Assembly (NCBI GenBank): GCA_964483415.1
Contig: CAZAAR010000002.1
Location: 1 to 63,186 of the forward strand
Reading direction: 5' to 3'
Source of the DNA: an uncultured Oscillospiraceae bacterium
GTDB taxonomy: Bacteria; Bacillota; Clostridia; Oscillospirales; Ruminococcaceae
DNA: 63,186 nt
The notes below the pieces were generated by a model. That model was not told the origin of the DNA, did not search any database, and saw only the letters and a program-made list of their open reading frames with translations. A program made the translations under genes and the position numbers. Positions 28,020-37,729 of this stretch are shown one piece after another. Position 1 is the first letter of the stretch. Each line of letters begins with the position of its first letter.

Positions 28020-28883
28020 TTAAAAAGAGAAAAGCATGTTGCCCGTAAAGGTTTCATAGAGGCCGGCCCCGACGGTCAGGAGGCCCAAGGCCAGCGTGTA
28101 CCACGCGAAGTATGTAAACCGGTCGTTTTCGACCAGCAGTTTGACGAGTTTGATCGCGAGAAGGCCGAACGCCAGCGAGACGGCCATGCCGACGAGCGCG
28201 GCCGGCCAGTCGACGGCCACGTCCCCGGAGAGCGCCGCCGGGAGTTCAATCAGGTTGGCGGCGAGGACCGCGGGCATGCCGAGGATGAAGGAATAGGCCA
28301 CCGCGTATTCGCGCGAGAGCCCGCAGAGCAGCCCCACGGAGATCGTGGAGCCGGAGCGCGAAAGCCCCGGCAGCGGCGCGATCGCCTGCGTGACGCCCAC
28401 GGCGAGGGCGTCGGCCTTCGTCATGGTCCCGGAGTCTTTATGGCCCTTGACGCAGCGCCCGGAGAGGAACAGCAGCGCCGCGGTCAGCAGAAAACAGGCG
28501 CCCTCCGCGAGGATGTCGCCGTCGGAGGCGAGCGAGAGATAAAAATCGGAGATCAGATAGGCCCCGAGAAGCGGCACGCACGAGAGCATCAGCATCAGCA
28601 GCATCCGCCGCTGCGGCGGCATGGCGCCCGCGCGGAAGCGGCCGGTCACAAGGTCCGCGATCAGGTAAAAGAGCTCCAGAAGGAGCGAGACGACGGTCCT
28701 CCAGAAAGCGATGAACACGGCGAGCAAGGTCCCCAGATGGAGCAGGACGGTATAGATGCCGCCGGCCTCGCCGCCGAGCCCGGTAAAATGCTGGTAGAGC
28801 GAGAGATGCCCGGAGCTCGAGACTGGCAGAAACTCGGTCAGCCCTTGGATCACGCCCTGAATCACCGCGTCGAAAATGCCCAT
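28020..28883 (-). CDS. uppP: undecaprenyl-diphosphate phosphatase
   Basis: 287 aa. GLTEFLPVSSSGHL and PGLSRSGSTI motifs. Polytopic membrane protein. Confidence 0.9.
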   Translation of the reverse strand: MGIFDAVIQGVIQGLTEFLPVSSSGHLSLYQHFTGLGGEAGGIYTVLLHLGTLLAVFIAFWRTVVSLLLELFYLIADLVTGRFRAGAMPPQRRMLLMLMLSCVPLLGAYLISDFYLSLASDGDILAEGACFLLTAALLFLSGRCVKGHKDSGTMTKADALAVGVTQAIAPLPGLSRSGSTISVGLLCGLSREYAVAYSFILGMPAVLAANLIELPAALSGDVAVDWPAALVGMAVSLAFGLLAIKLVKLLVENDRFTYFAWYTLALGLLTVGAGLYETFTGNMLFSF

Positions 28884-29168
28884 GCGTACCTCCGAATGTC
28901 ACGATTTTATGGGAAAGCCCGGATTTTGTCTTTAATCCCGGGCGTCGGCCCGAAACGGCGGGGGCCCGGCCGGACCGGAAAAAACGCTGTTATTTCATAG
29001 GGGAGCGCCGCGCCGAAGCCCCGGTTTTCGGCTTTCGTGTCCGCGCGCCGCGCGTTTTGCGGCATTGGTCCACGTCCCGCCGACGATATACCGCCACTGC
29101 TTTCGCGTCCGCGCGCCGCGCGTTTTGCGGCCGCCGGACCCGTCGGGTGATCGGGAGTGCCGTCCCGG

Positions 29169-29450
29169 TTAAAAGTAGAGGAAGCCTCCCTCCGCGCCGA
29201 ACAGGATCTCCGGGTCGCTCCGGCGGCGGGGGCCCGGGGCGCGCCCGTCTTTGCCGTAAGTGAGCGTCGCGCCGGGACTGAATTTTTCGTCGAGGAAGAG
29301 CCCCGGGTCGGTCGAGATCAGGCTCGTGACGGTGAAACGCCCGTTCTCCCGGTATCCCTCGAGCGTGCCGCCCTCGAATTCAAGGAACTCCCGCTCGTGC
29401 TCCCGCGTGGGAAAGATGCGGTCGAGCGGTTCAACGGAATAAAGGATCAT
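29169..29450 (-). CDS. ylzJ: YlzJ-like small protein (sporulation-associated neighbour of tepA)
   Basis: 93 aa starting [14 protein letters not shown]. Its start overlaps the tepA stop by 4 nt. Confidence 0.6.
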   Translation of the reverse strand: MILYSVEPLDRIFPTREHEREFLEFEGGTLEGYRENGRFTVTSLISTDPGLFLDEKFSPGATLTYGKDGRAPGPRRRSDPEILFGAEGGFLYF

Positions 29451-30427
29451 GGGTTGTACCCCCCCGCGCCGGAAGCTCCGGCCGGTTTCTTTTTATGCGG
29501 CCCTCCGGATTTTTTTCCTTCGGACTTCTTGCCCTTTTGTGAGGGGTTTCCTTTCGGGAAAGAGTCCCCTTTCTGCGGAGATCTTTTCTTCGATGGCGCG
29601 TTTTCTTTCCGCGGGGCGTTCCCTTTCGCGGGGGAAGTCTCCTCCCCGGAGGAGGTCTCTTTTTCGGAGGCGTTTTCGTCCGAAGCGGAATTTGGGTCCG
29701 GGCCCCTCGCCTCGATCTGTTCGTAGAGGGAATCGATCGCGTCGGAGAGGCCTCCGAGCCGGTCGATCAGCCCCTCGGCGACGGCCTGTTCGCCGTCGAG
29801 CACGGTGCCGACGTCGGTGATCAGCTCGCCAGTCGTGAACATCAGCTCCCGGAAGCGCTCGGTCGTGATGCGGGAGTTGGAGGTCACAAAATTCGTGATG
29901 CGCTCCTGCATTTTTTCAAAATAGGAGAGCGTCTGCGGCACGCCCAGCACGAGGCCGTTCATCCTTACAGGGTGGATGGTCATCGTGGCGGAGGGCGCGA
30001 TATAGGAGACCTTCGCCGCGCAGGCCAGCGGCACGCCGATCGAGTGCCCGCCGCCCAAAACCAGCGAGACGGTTGGCTTCTTCATGCCGGAGATCAGTTC
30101 TGCGAGGGCGAGCCCCGCCTCCACGTCGCCGCCGACGGTGTTGAGGATGATTAACAGGCCCTTGATGTCGGGGTCCTGCTCGATGGCGACGAGCTGGGGG
30201 ATGACGTGTTCGTATTTGGTGGATTTGTTTTGCGGCGGAAGGATATAATGTCCCTCGACCTGCCCCACCACGGTGAGACAGTGGATGGGATAGCGGCCTT
30301 TCGTCTGGGTGACGGAGCCGGTCTTGATGATCTGTTCGGTCTGTTCTCCCGCTTCTTCGTTCTCGTTTTCGGAAGAGGAGCCCTCCTCCTCATCCGCCGC
30401 GTTCCGGAAATCTTCTTTTTTCAGCAT
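29447..30427 (-). CDS. tepA: ClpP-family TepA-like protein with a K/G/N/P-rich C-terminal tail
   Basis: 326 aa. VVGQVEGH...[43 protein letters not shown]...GGGHSIGV is a ClpP/TepA fold. The last ~80 aa are low complexity ([34 protein letters not shown]). Confidence 0.8.
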   Translation of the reverse strand: MLKKEDFRNAADEEEGSSSENENEEAGEQTEQIIKTGSVTQTKGRYPIHCLTVVGQVEGHYILPPQNKSTKYEHVIPQLVAIEQDPDIKGLLIILNTVGGDVEAGLALAELISGMKKPTVSLVLGGGHSIGVPLACAAKVSYIAPSATMTIHPVRMNGLVLGVPQTLSYFEKMQERITNFVTSNSRITTERFRELMFTTGELITDVGTVLDGEQAVAEGLIDRLGGLSDAIDSLYEQIEARGPDPNSASDENASEKETSSGEETSPAKGNAPRKENAPSKKRSPQKGDSFPKGNPSQKGKKSEGKKSGGPHKKKPAGASGAGGYNP

Positions 30428-30701
30428 ACGGGGCCTCCGTTTCTCAAAATGGAACGGCGTCGGATTTCACGGGACGCCGTATTCCTTATTTTGCCCGGAG
30501 AGCCGCGATTATGCGCGGCGGAAAAAACCGTATCTTATATTATAGCAAACCCATAAAAAATACACAAGAGAAAGCTTTGCCGGAGGCGGAAAAAGGCTTC
30601 GGCGCGGAGGGATAAAAAACGCCGGCGGGCCAAAGACCCCCGGCGCGGCTCAAAGCTCCGGCACGGCGGCTCGCCGCGTTTCCCGCCGGGACAGAGGATT
30701 T

Positions 30702-31589
30702 TTATCGTTCGTTCCTTGGGTGCGGAAAGACCCCGGCGTCCATGAGCGCGTCCGCCAAATCGGAGAAATCCCGGAGCGAGAGCCTCTCGGCGCGGACGTC
30801 CGGCGGGAGGCCGCAGGCGGCGATCGCGGCGGCGGCCCGCGCCTTTTCGACGCCGAGGCCGGCGGAGAGGGCGTTCGCGAGCGTCTTTCGCCGCTGCAAA
30901 AACGCCGCCTTCACGACGGAAAAAAAGTATTTTTCGTCCCTCGGCGCGACCGGGCGCTCCGCGTGGGCGGCGCATTTGAGCACCACGGAGCCGCATCTCG
31001 GGCTTGGGAAAAACCACTCCCGCGGCACGGGGAACAGGACCTCCGGCTCGCAGAAATAATGGAGCAGCACGGTGCCGGCCTCGCTCTCCCGGGTTCCGGG
31101 GCGGGCCAGAAAGCGGTCGGCGGCCTCTTTTTGCACCATGACGGCGACGCTTTGAGCGCCGATCCCGGATTCAAAGATCCGCATGAGCACGGGCGTTGTG
31201 ATATAATACGGCAGGTTCGCGCAGACGGCGAGCGGCAGGCCGCCGAGCTTTTCCCGGACGAGCGCCGGCAGGTCGAGCTTCAAAAAGTCGGCGTTGACGA
31301 TCTCCACGTTGTCATACTCCGCGAGCGTCTCGCCGAGCACCGGCAGCAGCGCCCGGTCGATCTCCACGGCGACCACCTTTTTCGCCCGCTTCGCGAGCTG
31401 CGCGGTCAGCGCGCCGACGCCCGGGCCGATCTCGAGCACGCCGAACTCCGGCCCCGGCACGCCCGCCTCGGCGATGCGCGGGCAGAGCGCCGGGTTCACG
31501 ATGAAATTCTGCCCGAGCGATTTGTCGGGGCAAATTCCGTGCCGGGCGAGCAGGTCTCTTATCATTTCCGCATCCGCAAGATTTTCCAT
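30702..31589 (-). CDS. rsmA: 16S rRNA (adenine1518/1519-N6)-dimethyltransferase
   Basis: KSLGQNFIV and LEIGPGVGALT motifs. ATG at 31589 follows GGAGGA and is preferred to the track start at 31604. Confidence 0.9.
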   Translation of the reverse strand: MENLADAEMIRDLLARHGICPDKSLGQNFIVNPALCPRIAEAGVPGPEFGVLEIGPGVGALTAQLAKRAKKVVAVEIDRALLPVLGETLAEYDNVEIVNADFLKLDLPALVREKLGGLPLAVCANLPYYITTPVLMRIFESGIGAQSVAVMVQKEAADRFLARPGTRESEAGTVLLHYFCEPEVLFPVPREWFFPSPRCGSVVLKCAAHAERPVAPRDEKYFFSVVKAAFLQRRKTLANALSAGLGVEKARAAAAIAACGLPPDVRAERLSLRDFSDLADALMDAGVFPHPRNER

Positions 31590-31641
31590 CGAGATCCTCC
31601 GCAAAAAGAATGGCCCGCGCAGAAAGCCGCGGGCGAAAAGG

Positions 31642-32694
31642 TCAAAACCAGCCGACGTCCAGATAGCTGAGAATAAAACCGGTCGCGGTCAGCAACGCGA
31701 TCACCATCAGCGGCGCGAAGAGCAGGGCGCGGGTGCGCCTGCCCGGGGGGAGGGCGCCCTGCGGCGTCTCGAACCGGAAGATGTCCTGATGCCGCGCCAG
31801 CATCAGCGCGAGCGCGAGCCCGCCGCCCGCGAGCGTCAGCAGCGACCACGTGAGATTCAGCAGCGTGAAGCTTTTGTAGGTCATGAAGCCGTAGCAGGCG
31901 TCTAAAACCACCGACGCGAGGTTGTTGAGGAAATGAATGCCCACGCTGACCCAGAGCGAGCCGGTGCGCATGACGAAATAGCCCATCGCGAGGCCGAGAA
32001 TGAACGCGAAAGGCATCTGCATCAGATTCATATGAAAGATGCCGAACAGAGCCGCCGAGATCACCAGGGCGAAGATGTCGCCGAAGCGCCGCAGGGACTG
32101 CATCACAACGCCGCGGAAGATCAGCTCCTCCACGAAGGCGGGCGCCGCGGTCATCAGGATCACATAGATCGCAAACGCGGCGGGGTCCTTCGGGGATTCA
32201 ACCGCCGGCATGGAGATGTAGATCCCGGCGCCGCCGAGGACGGCCTCGATGTAGCTCGAGAGATAGGAGGCGACCGTCGAGACGCCAAGCCCCACGCAGA
32301 TGCCGCCGAAGGTCATCCCGGGGCCCGCCTTCCGCAGCGGGAAGGCGACGGAGAAGGGGATGCGGATGGCGATCGCATAAAGGGCGAACGGAATGCTCAG
32401 CGAGAGGACGTAGCTCCCCAGCAATACGGCCTGACCGAGCCATTCCGGGGCCTGATACAGGGTGAGGCGGGGCAGGAACTCGGAGAGCAGGGCGGTGGCG
32501 GCGATGTAGAGGATGCCGTACGCCGTCAGCGAGATGAAGATGTATCCCAGCATCGCGAGCCCGATGCCGTTTCCGCAGGCGCGGAGCTTTTTTCTCTCGC
32601 GGATCTCCGGCGGGGCCTGATAGCTCGAGTATCCGGTATTATAATACACATATTGAGGCGGCGTCTCGCTGCGGTAGCCGTTCTGCCAGTCCAT
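31642..32694 (-). CDS. CPBP-family intramembrane glutamic endopeptidase (CAAX protease-like)
   Basis: 350 aa, polytopic. FVEELIFRG (EExxxR) and FGIFH motifs. Confidence 0.8.
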   Translation of the reverse strand: MDWQNGYRSETPPQYVYYNTGYSSYQAPPEIRERKKLRACGNGIGLAMLGYIFISLTAYGILYIAATALLSEFLPRLTLYQAPEWLGQAVLLGSYVLSLSIPFALYAIAIRIPFSVAFPLRKAGPGMTFGGICVGLGVSTVASYLSSYIEAVLGGAGIYISMPAVESPKDPAAFAIYVILMTAAPAFVEELIFRGVVMQSLRRFGDIFALVISAALFGIFHMNLMQMPFAFILGLAMGYFVMRTGSLWVSVGIHFLNNLASVVLDACYGFMTYKSFTLLNLTWSLLTLAGGGLALALMLARHQDIFRFETPQGALPPGRRTRALLFAPLMVIALLTATGFILSYLDVGWF

Positions 32695-33123
32695 CGGTCG
32701 TCCTCCCCCGTAAAATTCTATCGCCTACCATATCATAAAAGCGCGCCGAATAATACCGGCCTTTTGTTAATTTTTTCTCTCCTCCCCGCGCGGGAGGCCC
32801 TTTTCGGGGAGGGGAGAGGGCGTTTCCGGCCCGGAAGCGGCGGTTTGGCCGCCCCCTCGCCGAATCACGTCCCCCCGCATAATATGGACTGCGCTCCCAT
32901 GGGGCTTTCTAATAGTCCGGGGCCCGGGACGTGCTTCCGGCCCCGGACACCCGATCTTTAATAAAACGGAAGGGAAAACCTTACTCCGGCCGGCAACGGA
33001 CCCAAACGCGCGCGCCGGTTTCGCGCCTCTCGCGCCGCCGCGTCCCGGCCGGAGAAGGCGCGTAAAAGCGCATGAGCATGAAGGGAATCCGGTTTTGCGC
33101 GGACGGGGAGGATTTTCCGAAAA

Positions 33124-34245
33124 TCAGAGTTTTCCGACCGTGTCGGAGAGTTCCTCCATATGGACGTAGGCCTTGATCCCCTGCGGGCAATGAGAGGCGC
33201 AGGCCCCGCAGGAGACGCAGGCGGAAGCGCGCCGCCCCTCCGGGAATTTCAAATAGGCATCTTTGGCCTTCCAGGTGACTTTTGTTTCAAGGAAGCGGTT
33301 CATCAGCGTCAGCATGCCGGGGATATCGATGCCGGCGGGGCAGGGCAGGCAGTAGCCGCAGCCCGTGCAGGGGATGCGCTCCATCCGCATCAGGACCTCC
33401 GCCGCCCGGGCGAGCGCCTCCGCCCGGGCCCCGTCGAGCGGTTCCCCGGCGTCGAACACGGCCAGGTTTTCCTCCAGCTGCGCGAGGCTGGACACGCCGC
33501 TCAGGATCGTAAAAATGCCGGGCTTGCCGAAAAACCAGCGGTAGGCAAGCTCGGCGGGCGCGCTTCCGGGACAGGCCTCCGCAAAAATCTTCCGCACGGC
33601 GGCGGGCGGGTTCGCGAGGTAGCCGCCCCGCGCCGGCTCCATCACGATGATCGGGAGCTTGTGCGCCACGAGCCAGTCGTAGAGGTATTTTGCGTCCTGC
33701 TCCTTCCAGTCGAGGTAGTTCATCTCGATCTGCGCGAAATCCCAGTCGTACTCCTCCGTCATCGTCTTCCAGAGCGCCTTGTCGCCGTGAAAGGAAAAAC
33801 CGAGCCTGCGGATCTGGCCTTGCTCTTTCTTTTCGCGCAGGATGCGGTAGGTGTCGGAGCGCACCATGTCCGGGTAATCCTCATTGTCGATCGAGTGGGC
33901 GAGGTAGTTGTCAAAATAATCCACCCGGCACTTTTGGAGCTGCTTGTCGAAGATGCGGCGCACGTCCGCCCCGTCCTTGCAGAGCCAGACCGGCATCTTG
34001 TCCGCGAGGAAGAAGCGCTCGCGCGGGTAATTCGCGAGCAGCTCCCCCATGACGCGTTCGGATTCGCCGCCGTGGTAGCAATAGGCCGTGTCATAATAGT
34101 TGACGCCCCGCTCCATCGCGAGCGCGACCATCCTTTCGGTGTGCGAAACGTCGATGGAGCCGTCCTCCCGCTTCGGCAGGCGCATGGCCCCCATGCCGAG
34201 CAGCGAGGCCTTTTTTTCATAGAGAGCGGTGTCCGTATATTTCAT
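33124..34245 (-). CDS. aldo/keto reductase with C-terminal 2x[4Fe-4S] ferredoxin domain
   Basis: 373 aa. GMGAMRLP...YYDTAYCYHGGESE is the AKR N-terminus. CTGCGYCLPCP and CVSCGACASHCP lie at the C-terminus. Confidence 0.85.
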   Translation of the reverse strand: MKYTDTALYEKKASLLGMGAMRLPKREDGSIDVSHTERMVALAMERGVNYYDTAYCYHGGESERVMGELLANYPRERFFLADKMPVWLCKDGADVRRIFDKQLQKCRVDYFDNYLAHSIDNEDYPDMVRSDTYRILREKKEQGQIRRLGFSFHGDKALWKTMTEEYDWDFAQIEMNYLDWKEQDAKYLYDWLVAHKLPIIVMEPARGGYLANPPAAVRKIFAEACPGSAPAELAYRWFFGKPGIFTILSGVSSLAQLEENLAVFDAGEPLDGARAEALARAAEVLMRMERIPCTGCGYCLPCPAGIDIPGMLTLMNRFLETKVTWKAKDAYLKFPEGRRASACVSCGACASHCPQGIKAYVHMEELSDTVGKL

Positions 34246-34306
34246 TTTCGATGATCCCTTCCCATTGTGAAGATTCTGTGAGCGCGTTTGCCCTCGTCTT
34301 TTTGTG

Positions 34307-34695
34307 TAAAATCGGCCGTCGCCGCAGGCGGGCCGTTAAAATCACAGTAAAATAACCGCTTCATAGGTTCTTATGGCTATTTCACCATAAAGCGACAGCG
34401 TCATGGCGAAATCGGCCGTCGCCGCAGGCGGGCCGTTCAAATCACGGTAAAATAGCCGCTTCATAGGTTCCTATGGCTATTTTACCATAAAGCGACAGCG
34501 TTATGGTAAAATCGGCCATCGCCGCAGGCGGGCCGTTAAAATCACGGTAAATAGCCGCCTCATAGGCTTCTATGGCTATTTCACTATAATGCGACAGCGT
34601 TATGGTGAAATTGGCCGTCGCCGCAGGCGGGCCGTTCAAATCACGGTAAATAGCCGCTTCACAGGCTCTTATGGCTATTTTACCATAAAACTTAA
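34307..34695 (+). repeat. tandem array of four ~100-bp units (fourth truncated), each predicted to form three stem-loops
   Basis: The anchor ATCGGCCGTC/ATCGGCCATC/ATTGGCCGTC recurs at 34311, 34411, 34511 and 34610 (periods 100, 100, 99). Units are roughly 90% identical by eye. Strand assignment is tentative and rests on G-T wobble positions. Confidence 0.9.
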
Positions 34696-34764
34696 AAATA
34701 AGACAGAAAAGCCTCCGCTTTGCGCCCGGAATTGTGAATTTTCCGTACCGCTGTGCCCTTTCGG

Positions 34765-34793
34765 TTGACGGATGGCGCGCTTTGCGTTAAAAT
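34765..34793 (+). promoter_or_regulatory. sigma-A-type promoter for rpe (and probably the downstream Rnf-like genes)
   Basis: TTGACG (34765-34770), 17 nt spacer, TAAAAT (34788-34793), about 45 nt upstream of the rpe ATG. Confidence 0.55.
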
Positions 34794-34839
34794 AAACTGA
34801 TTCTCTTATATTTTTCAGAGATAGAAAGGCGGCGTCAGA

Positions 34840-35505
34840 ATGGGAATCCGGATCTCGCCCTCGCTGCTCTCGGCCGATTTTGCGAATCTCGGCGCGGAGG
34901 CAAGGGCGATGGAACTCGCCGGGGCGGACATGCTCCACCTCGACGTGATGGACGGGCATTTCGTCCCCAACATCAGTTACGGCCCGGTGGTCCTGCGCTC
35001 CCTGCGCAAGGCGAGCCCGATGTTTTTCGATACGCACCTGATGATCTCGGAGCCGCTGCGCTATATCGGGGATTATGTCGGGGCCGGGGCCGGGCTCATC
35101 ACATTCCATCTCGAGTCCGGCGACGAGCCCATGGCCGTGATCGAAAAGATCCGCTCCTTCGGCGTCTCCCCGGCGATCTCTTTGAGGCCCAAGACCCCGG
35201 CGGAGGCGGTCTTTCCGTATCTCCCCTTTATTGACATGGTCCTCGTGATGACGGTGGAGCCGGGCTTCGGCGGCCAGAGCTTCATGGAGGACATGGCGCC
35301 CAAGATCGAAGCGATCCGGCGGGAGGCCGCCCGCGTCGGGCGCCCGCTCGACATTCAGGTGGACGGCGGCATCGACGAGCGGACCGCGCCGGTCGCGGTC
35401 AGGGCCGGGGCGAATATTTTGGTGGCCGGCTCCTCGCTCTTTCATCAGGCGGATTACGCCGCGGCGGTGCGAAACCTGCGCGCGGCCGCGGAGGCCGCCC
35501 TGTAA
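34840..35505 (+). CDS. rpe: ribulose-phosphate 3-epimerase
   Basis: 221 aa. PSLLSADFANLG, HLDVMDGHFVPN, MTVEPGFGGQ, VDGG. Confidence 0.95.
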   Translation: MGIRISPSLLSADFANLGAEARAMELAGADMLHLDVMDGHFVPNISYGPVVLRSLRKASPMFFDTHLMISEPLRYIGDYVGAGAGLITFHLESGDEPMAVIEKIRSFGVSPAISLRPKTPAEAVFPYLPFIDMVLVMTVEPGFGGQSFMEDMAPKIEAIRREAARVGRPLDIQVDGGIDERTAPVAVRAGANILVAGSSLFHQADYAAAVRNLRAAAEAAL

Positions 35506-35597
35506 CCTTTTCCCTTTTGCGCAACTTTGATTTTTGTCCCGGCCCGGTCGGAGAAGATCCTCTTCCGGGGCCGGAAACCTGATTACCGGAGGCAATT

Positions 35598-36653
35598 ATG
35601 TCGTATTTCATTCCGGGCATCGTCCTTGAACAGCGCAAGGAGCCGATGCTCTCCCGAGACATGGCGGTCATGAAGCCGGACGCCCCGCGCACCTTCTCCA
35701 ACCCCTTCGCGGAGATCCTGCCGCGCGAGCTTCGGCCCGAGGAGATCGCCGAGATCGCGCGCCTTGCCGACATCATCGACGAGTCGGACGGGCGCTCTCT
35801 CTATGAAAAGCTGATCGAAGCCGACAGGCGCGGCGTGGAGGCGGTGATCGCGGACGCCATCGACGACGAGCCGTTTATCTCAAGCCAGCTCCACATCGCC
35901 CTGCACGAGCCGGAGAAGATCGCGCTCGCGCTCGAGCTCTGCGCGAAGGCCGTGCACGCCGACCTGTCGAAGACCCGCGTGGCGGTCTACCGCCATGTGC
36001 TCGATATCACAATCCGCATCCCGAAGAAACTCGCGGGCGTCGAGGTGATGCACTTCGGCGGGCGGTATCCGGCCGAGATGCGCGCCTACCACAAATTTCA
36101 AAAAGAGAAAAAGACCTTCACCGCGGGCACCGGGGCGCTTTTGCATCTGGTGCGGGCGGCCGAGCGCGGCGTCGCGCAGACCACCTGTTTTGTCACGGTC
36201 GCGGGGGACGCCGTCGCGAACCCCTGCAACCTCGAGGCGGCGGTCGGCACGCCGGTCTCCGAAATTTTACGGTTTTGCGGCCTCGCCGCGGACCCGGAGG
36301 CGGTGATCCTCGGCGGCTCCATGACCGGGCGCTCGGTCACCGACCCCGAGGAGGAAAAAGTCGGGGTCATGACGCGGGGCATTCTCGCCTTTCGCGAAAG
36401 CCATAAAAGCCTCGGCTACATCTGCATCGGCTGCGGGCGCTGCGACCACGCCTGCCCCGAGGGGCTCTCCGCGTGCCAGCTGCGCCGCTTCGCCGAATTC
36501 GGTCGCAAGGACCTCCTGGAGCTTTACGACGTGGACCGCTGCATCGGCTGCGGGGCCTGCTCCTATGTCTGCCCCTCCAAACTGGACATCGGCTCCGCGA
36601 TCTTCGCCGCGAAGCGCAGCCTCGCCGCCGAGAAAGGGGGCGCCGCCGAATGA
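35598..36653 (+). CDS. RnfC-like subunit (short; NADH/FMN-site motifs degenerate, 2x[4Fe-4S] motifs retained)
   Basis: 351 aa. ATG 5 nt after GGAGG. Carries ADAIDDEPFISSQ (compare the canonical INGAECEPYL block), CIGCGRCDHACP and CIGCGACSYVCP. Confidence 0.7.
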   Translation: MSYFIPGIVLEQRKEPMLSRDMAVMKPDAPRTFSNPFAEILPRELRPEEIAEIARLADIIDESDGRSLYEKLIEADRRGVEAVIADAIDDEPFISSQLHIALHEPEKIALALELCAKAVHADLSKTRVAVYRHVLDITIRIPKKLAGVEVMHFGGRYPAEMRAYHKFQKEKKTFTAGTGALLHLVRAAERGVAQTTCFVTVAGDAVANPCNLEAAVGTPVSEILRFCGLAADPEAVILGGSMTGRSVTDPEEEKVGVMTRGILAFRESHKSLGYICIGCGRCDHACPEGLSACQLRRFAEFGRKDLLELYDVDRCIGCGACSYVCPSKLDIGSAIFAAKRSLAAEKGGAAE

Positions 36654-37729
36654 ACGAACACGGCCTGATCCTTCAAAACGCGCCGCACGTCCGCGCGAGT
36701 GAGTCCCTGTTCACCGTCATGGCGGATATGCTCGTCGCGCTGACGCCGCTTTACTTAATGGCCTGGTTTTATTACGGCCCGCGGGCGCTGCTGCTCGGGC
36801 TGATCGGGGCCGCGACCGCGTGGACGCTCGATCTGCTCGGCGTGCTGGCCGGCGGCCGGCGGCCGGATCTGCGGGATCTCTCCGCGGCGGTAACCGGGCT
36901 TTTGATCCCGCTCTTGATGCCCGCGTCCGTCCCGTATTACATCGTCGCCGCCGCCTGCGCGGTGGCGATCCTCGCCGTCAAATTCCCGTTCGGCGGCACG
37001 GGCAACAATCTGTTCAACCCCGCGGCGGTCGGGTTCGCGTTCGCCGCGATCTGCTGGCCGGAGCAGGTGTTCCGCTATCCGGCTCCGATGCAGCGCCTCG
37101 CGGTCGTGGGCGACGCGGTCGCGAAGACCGTCGTCAGCCCCGCGCACAGCCTGATGCGCGGCGCGATCCCGAGCCTTGATCTGTTCGACATGATCCTCGG
37201 CAACGCCTCCGGGCCGATGGGCGCGACGAATATTCTTGTGATCCTCGCCTGCGGCCTCTACCTGCTGGTCCGCAGGACGATCGGCTGGCGCGCCCCGGCG
37301 AGCTTTCTGCTGGTCTCGGGCCTGATGGCGACGGCGTGTCCGCGCTCCCCGTTCGGCGTGTTCGATTCCGTCGGGTGGGAGCTGTGCTCCGGGATGCTGT
37401 TGTTCGGCGCCGTGTTCATGATCACCGAGCCGGTCACCTCGCCCAAGCGCGACTTCGCGAAACTCCTCTACGGGGCCGCCGCCGGCGTGATGGCGATGCT
37501 GTTCCGCTATTTCGGAGGCTTTGAGGACGGCTTTGTATTTGCCCTGATCCTGATGAACGTCTCCGCGCCGCTCTTCGACCGCGTCTGCGAGCATCTGCTC
37601 CATCAGATCCGTCACGGCGCGCTGATACCGAAAAATGCGCCTTCGCCCCCCGGGGCGGGGCGTCCGCCCAAAGAGAAGAAGCCGAAGCCCGGCCTTAAAA
37701 AGAAGACGGAAACGGGGGTGGGCGCATGA
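36650..37729 (+). CDS. RnfD/NqrB-family membrane subunit, lacking the flavinylation motif
   Basis: 359 aa from the ATG overlapping the upstream stop (ATGA). DLSAAVTGLLIPLLMP, KFPFGGTGNNLFNPAAVG and FMITEPVTSP are family signatures. SPAHSL sits where SGATPL is expected. Confidence 0.8.
   Translation: MNEHGLILQNAPHVRASESLFTVMADMLVALTPLYLMAWFYYGPRALLLGLIGAATAWTLDLLGVLAGGRRPDLRDLSAAVTGLLIPLLMPASVPYYIVAAACAVAILAVKFPFGGTGNNLFNPAAVGFAFAAICWPEQVFRYPAPMQRLAVVGDAVAKTVVSPAHSLMRGAIPSLDLFDMILGNASGPMGATNILVILACGLYLLVRRTIGWRAPASFLLVSGLMATACPRSPFGVFDSVGWELCSGMLLFGAVFMITEPVTSPKRDFAKLLYGAAAGVMAMLFRYFGGFEDGFVFALILMNVSAPLFDRVCEHLLHQIRHGALIPKNAPSPPGAGRPPKEKKPKPGLKKKTETGVGA

Noticed and set aside
34307-34695. CRISPR array, or a real 65-aa protein (minus-strand ORF 34442-34639)
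   Set aside because: The entire 100-bp unit repeats, with no unique spacers and no cas genes nearby. The ORF is just the repeat read in frame (internally repetitive peptide, no RBS).
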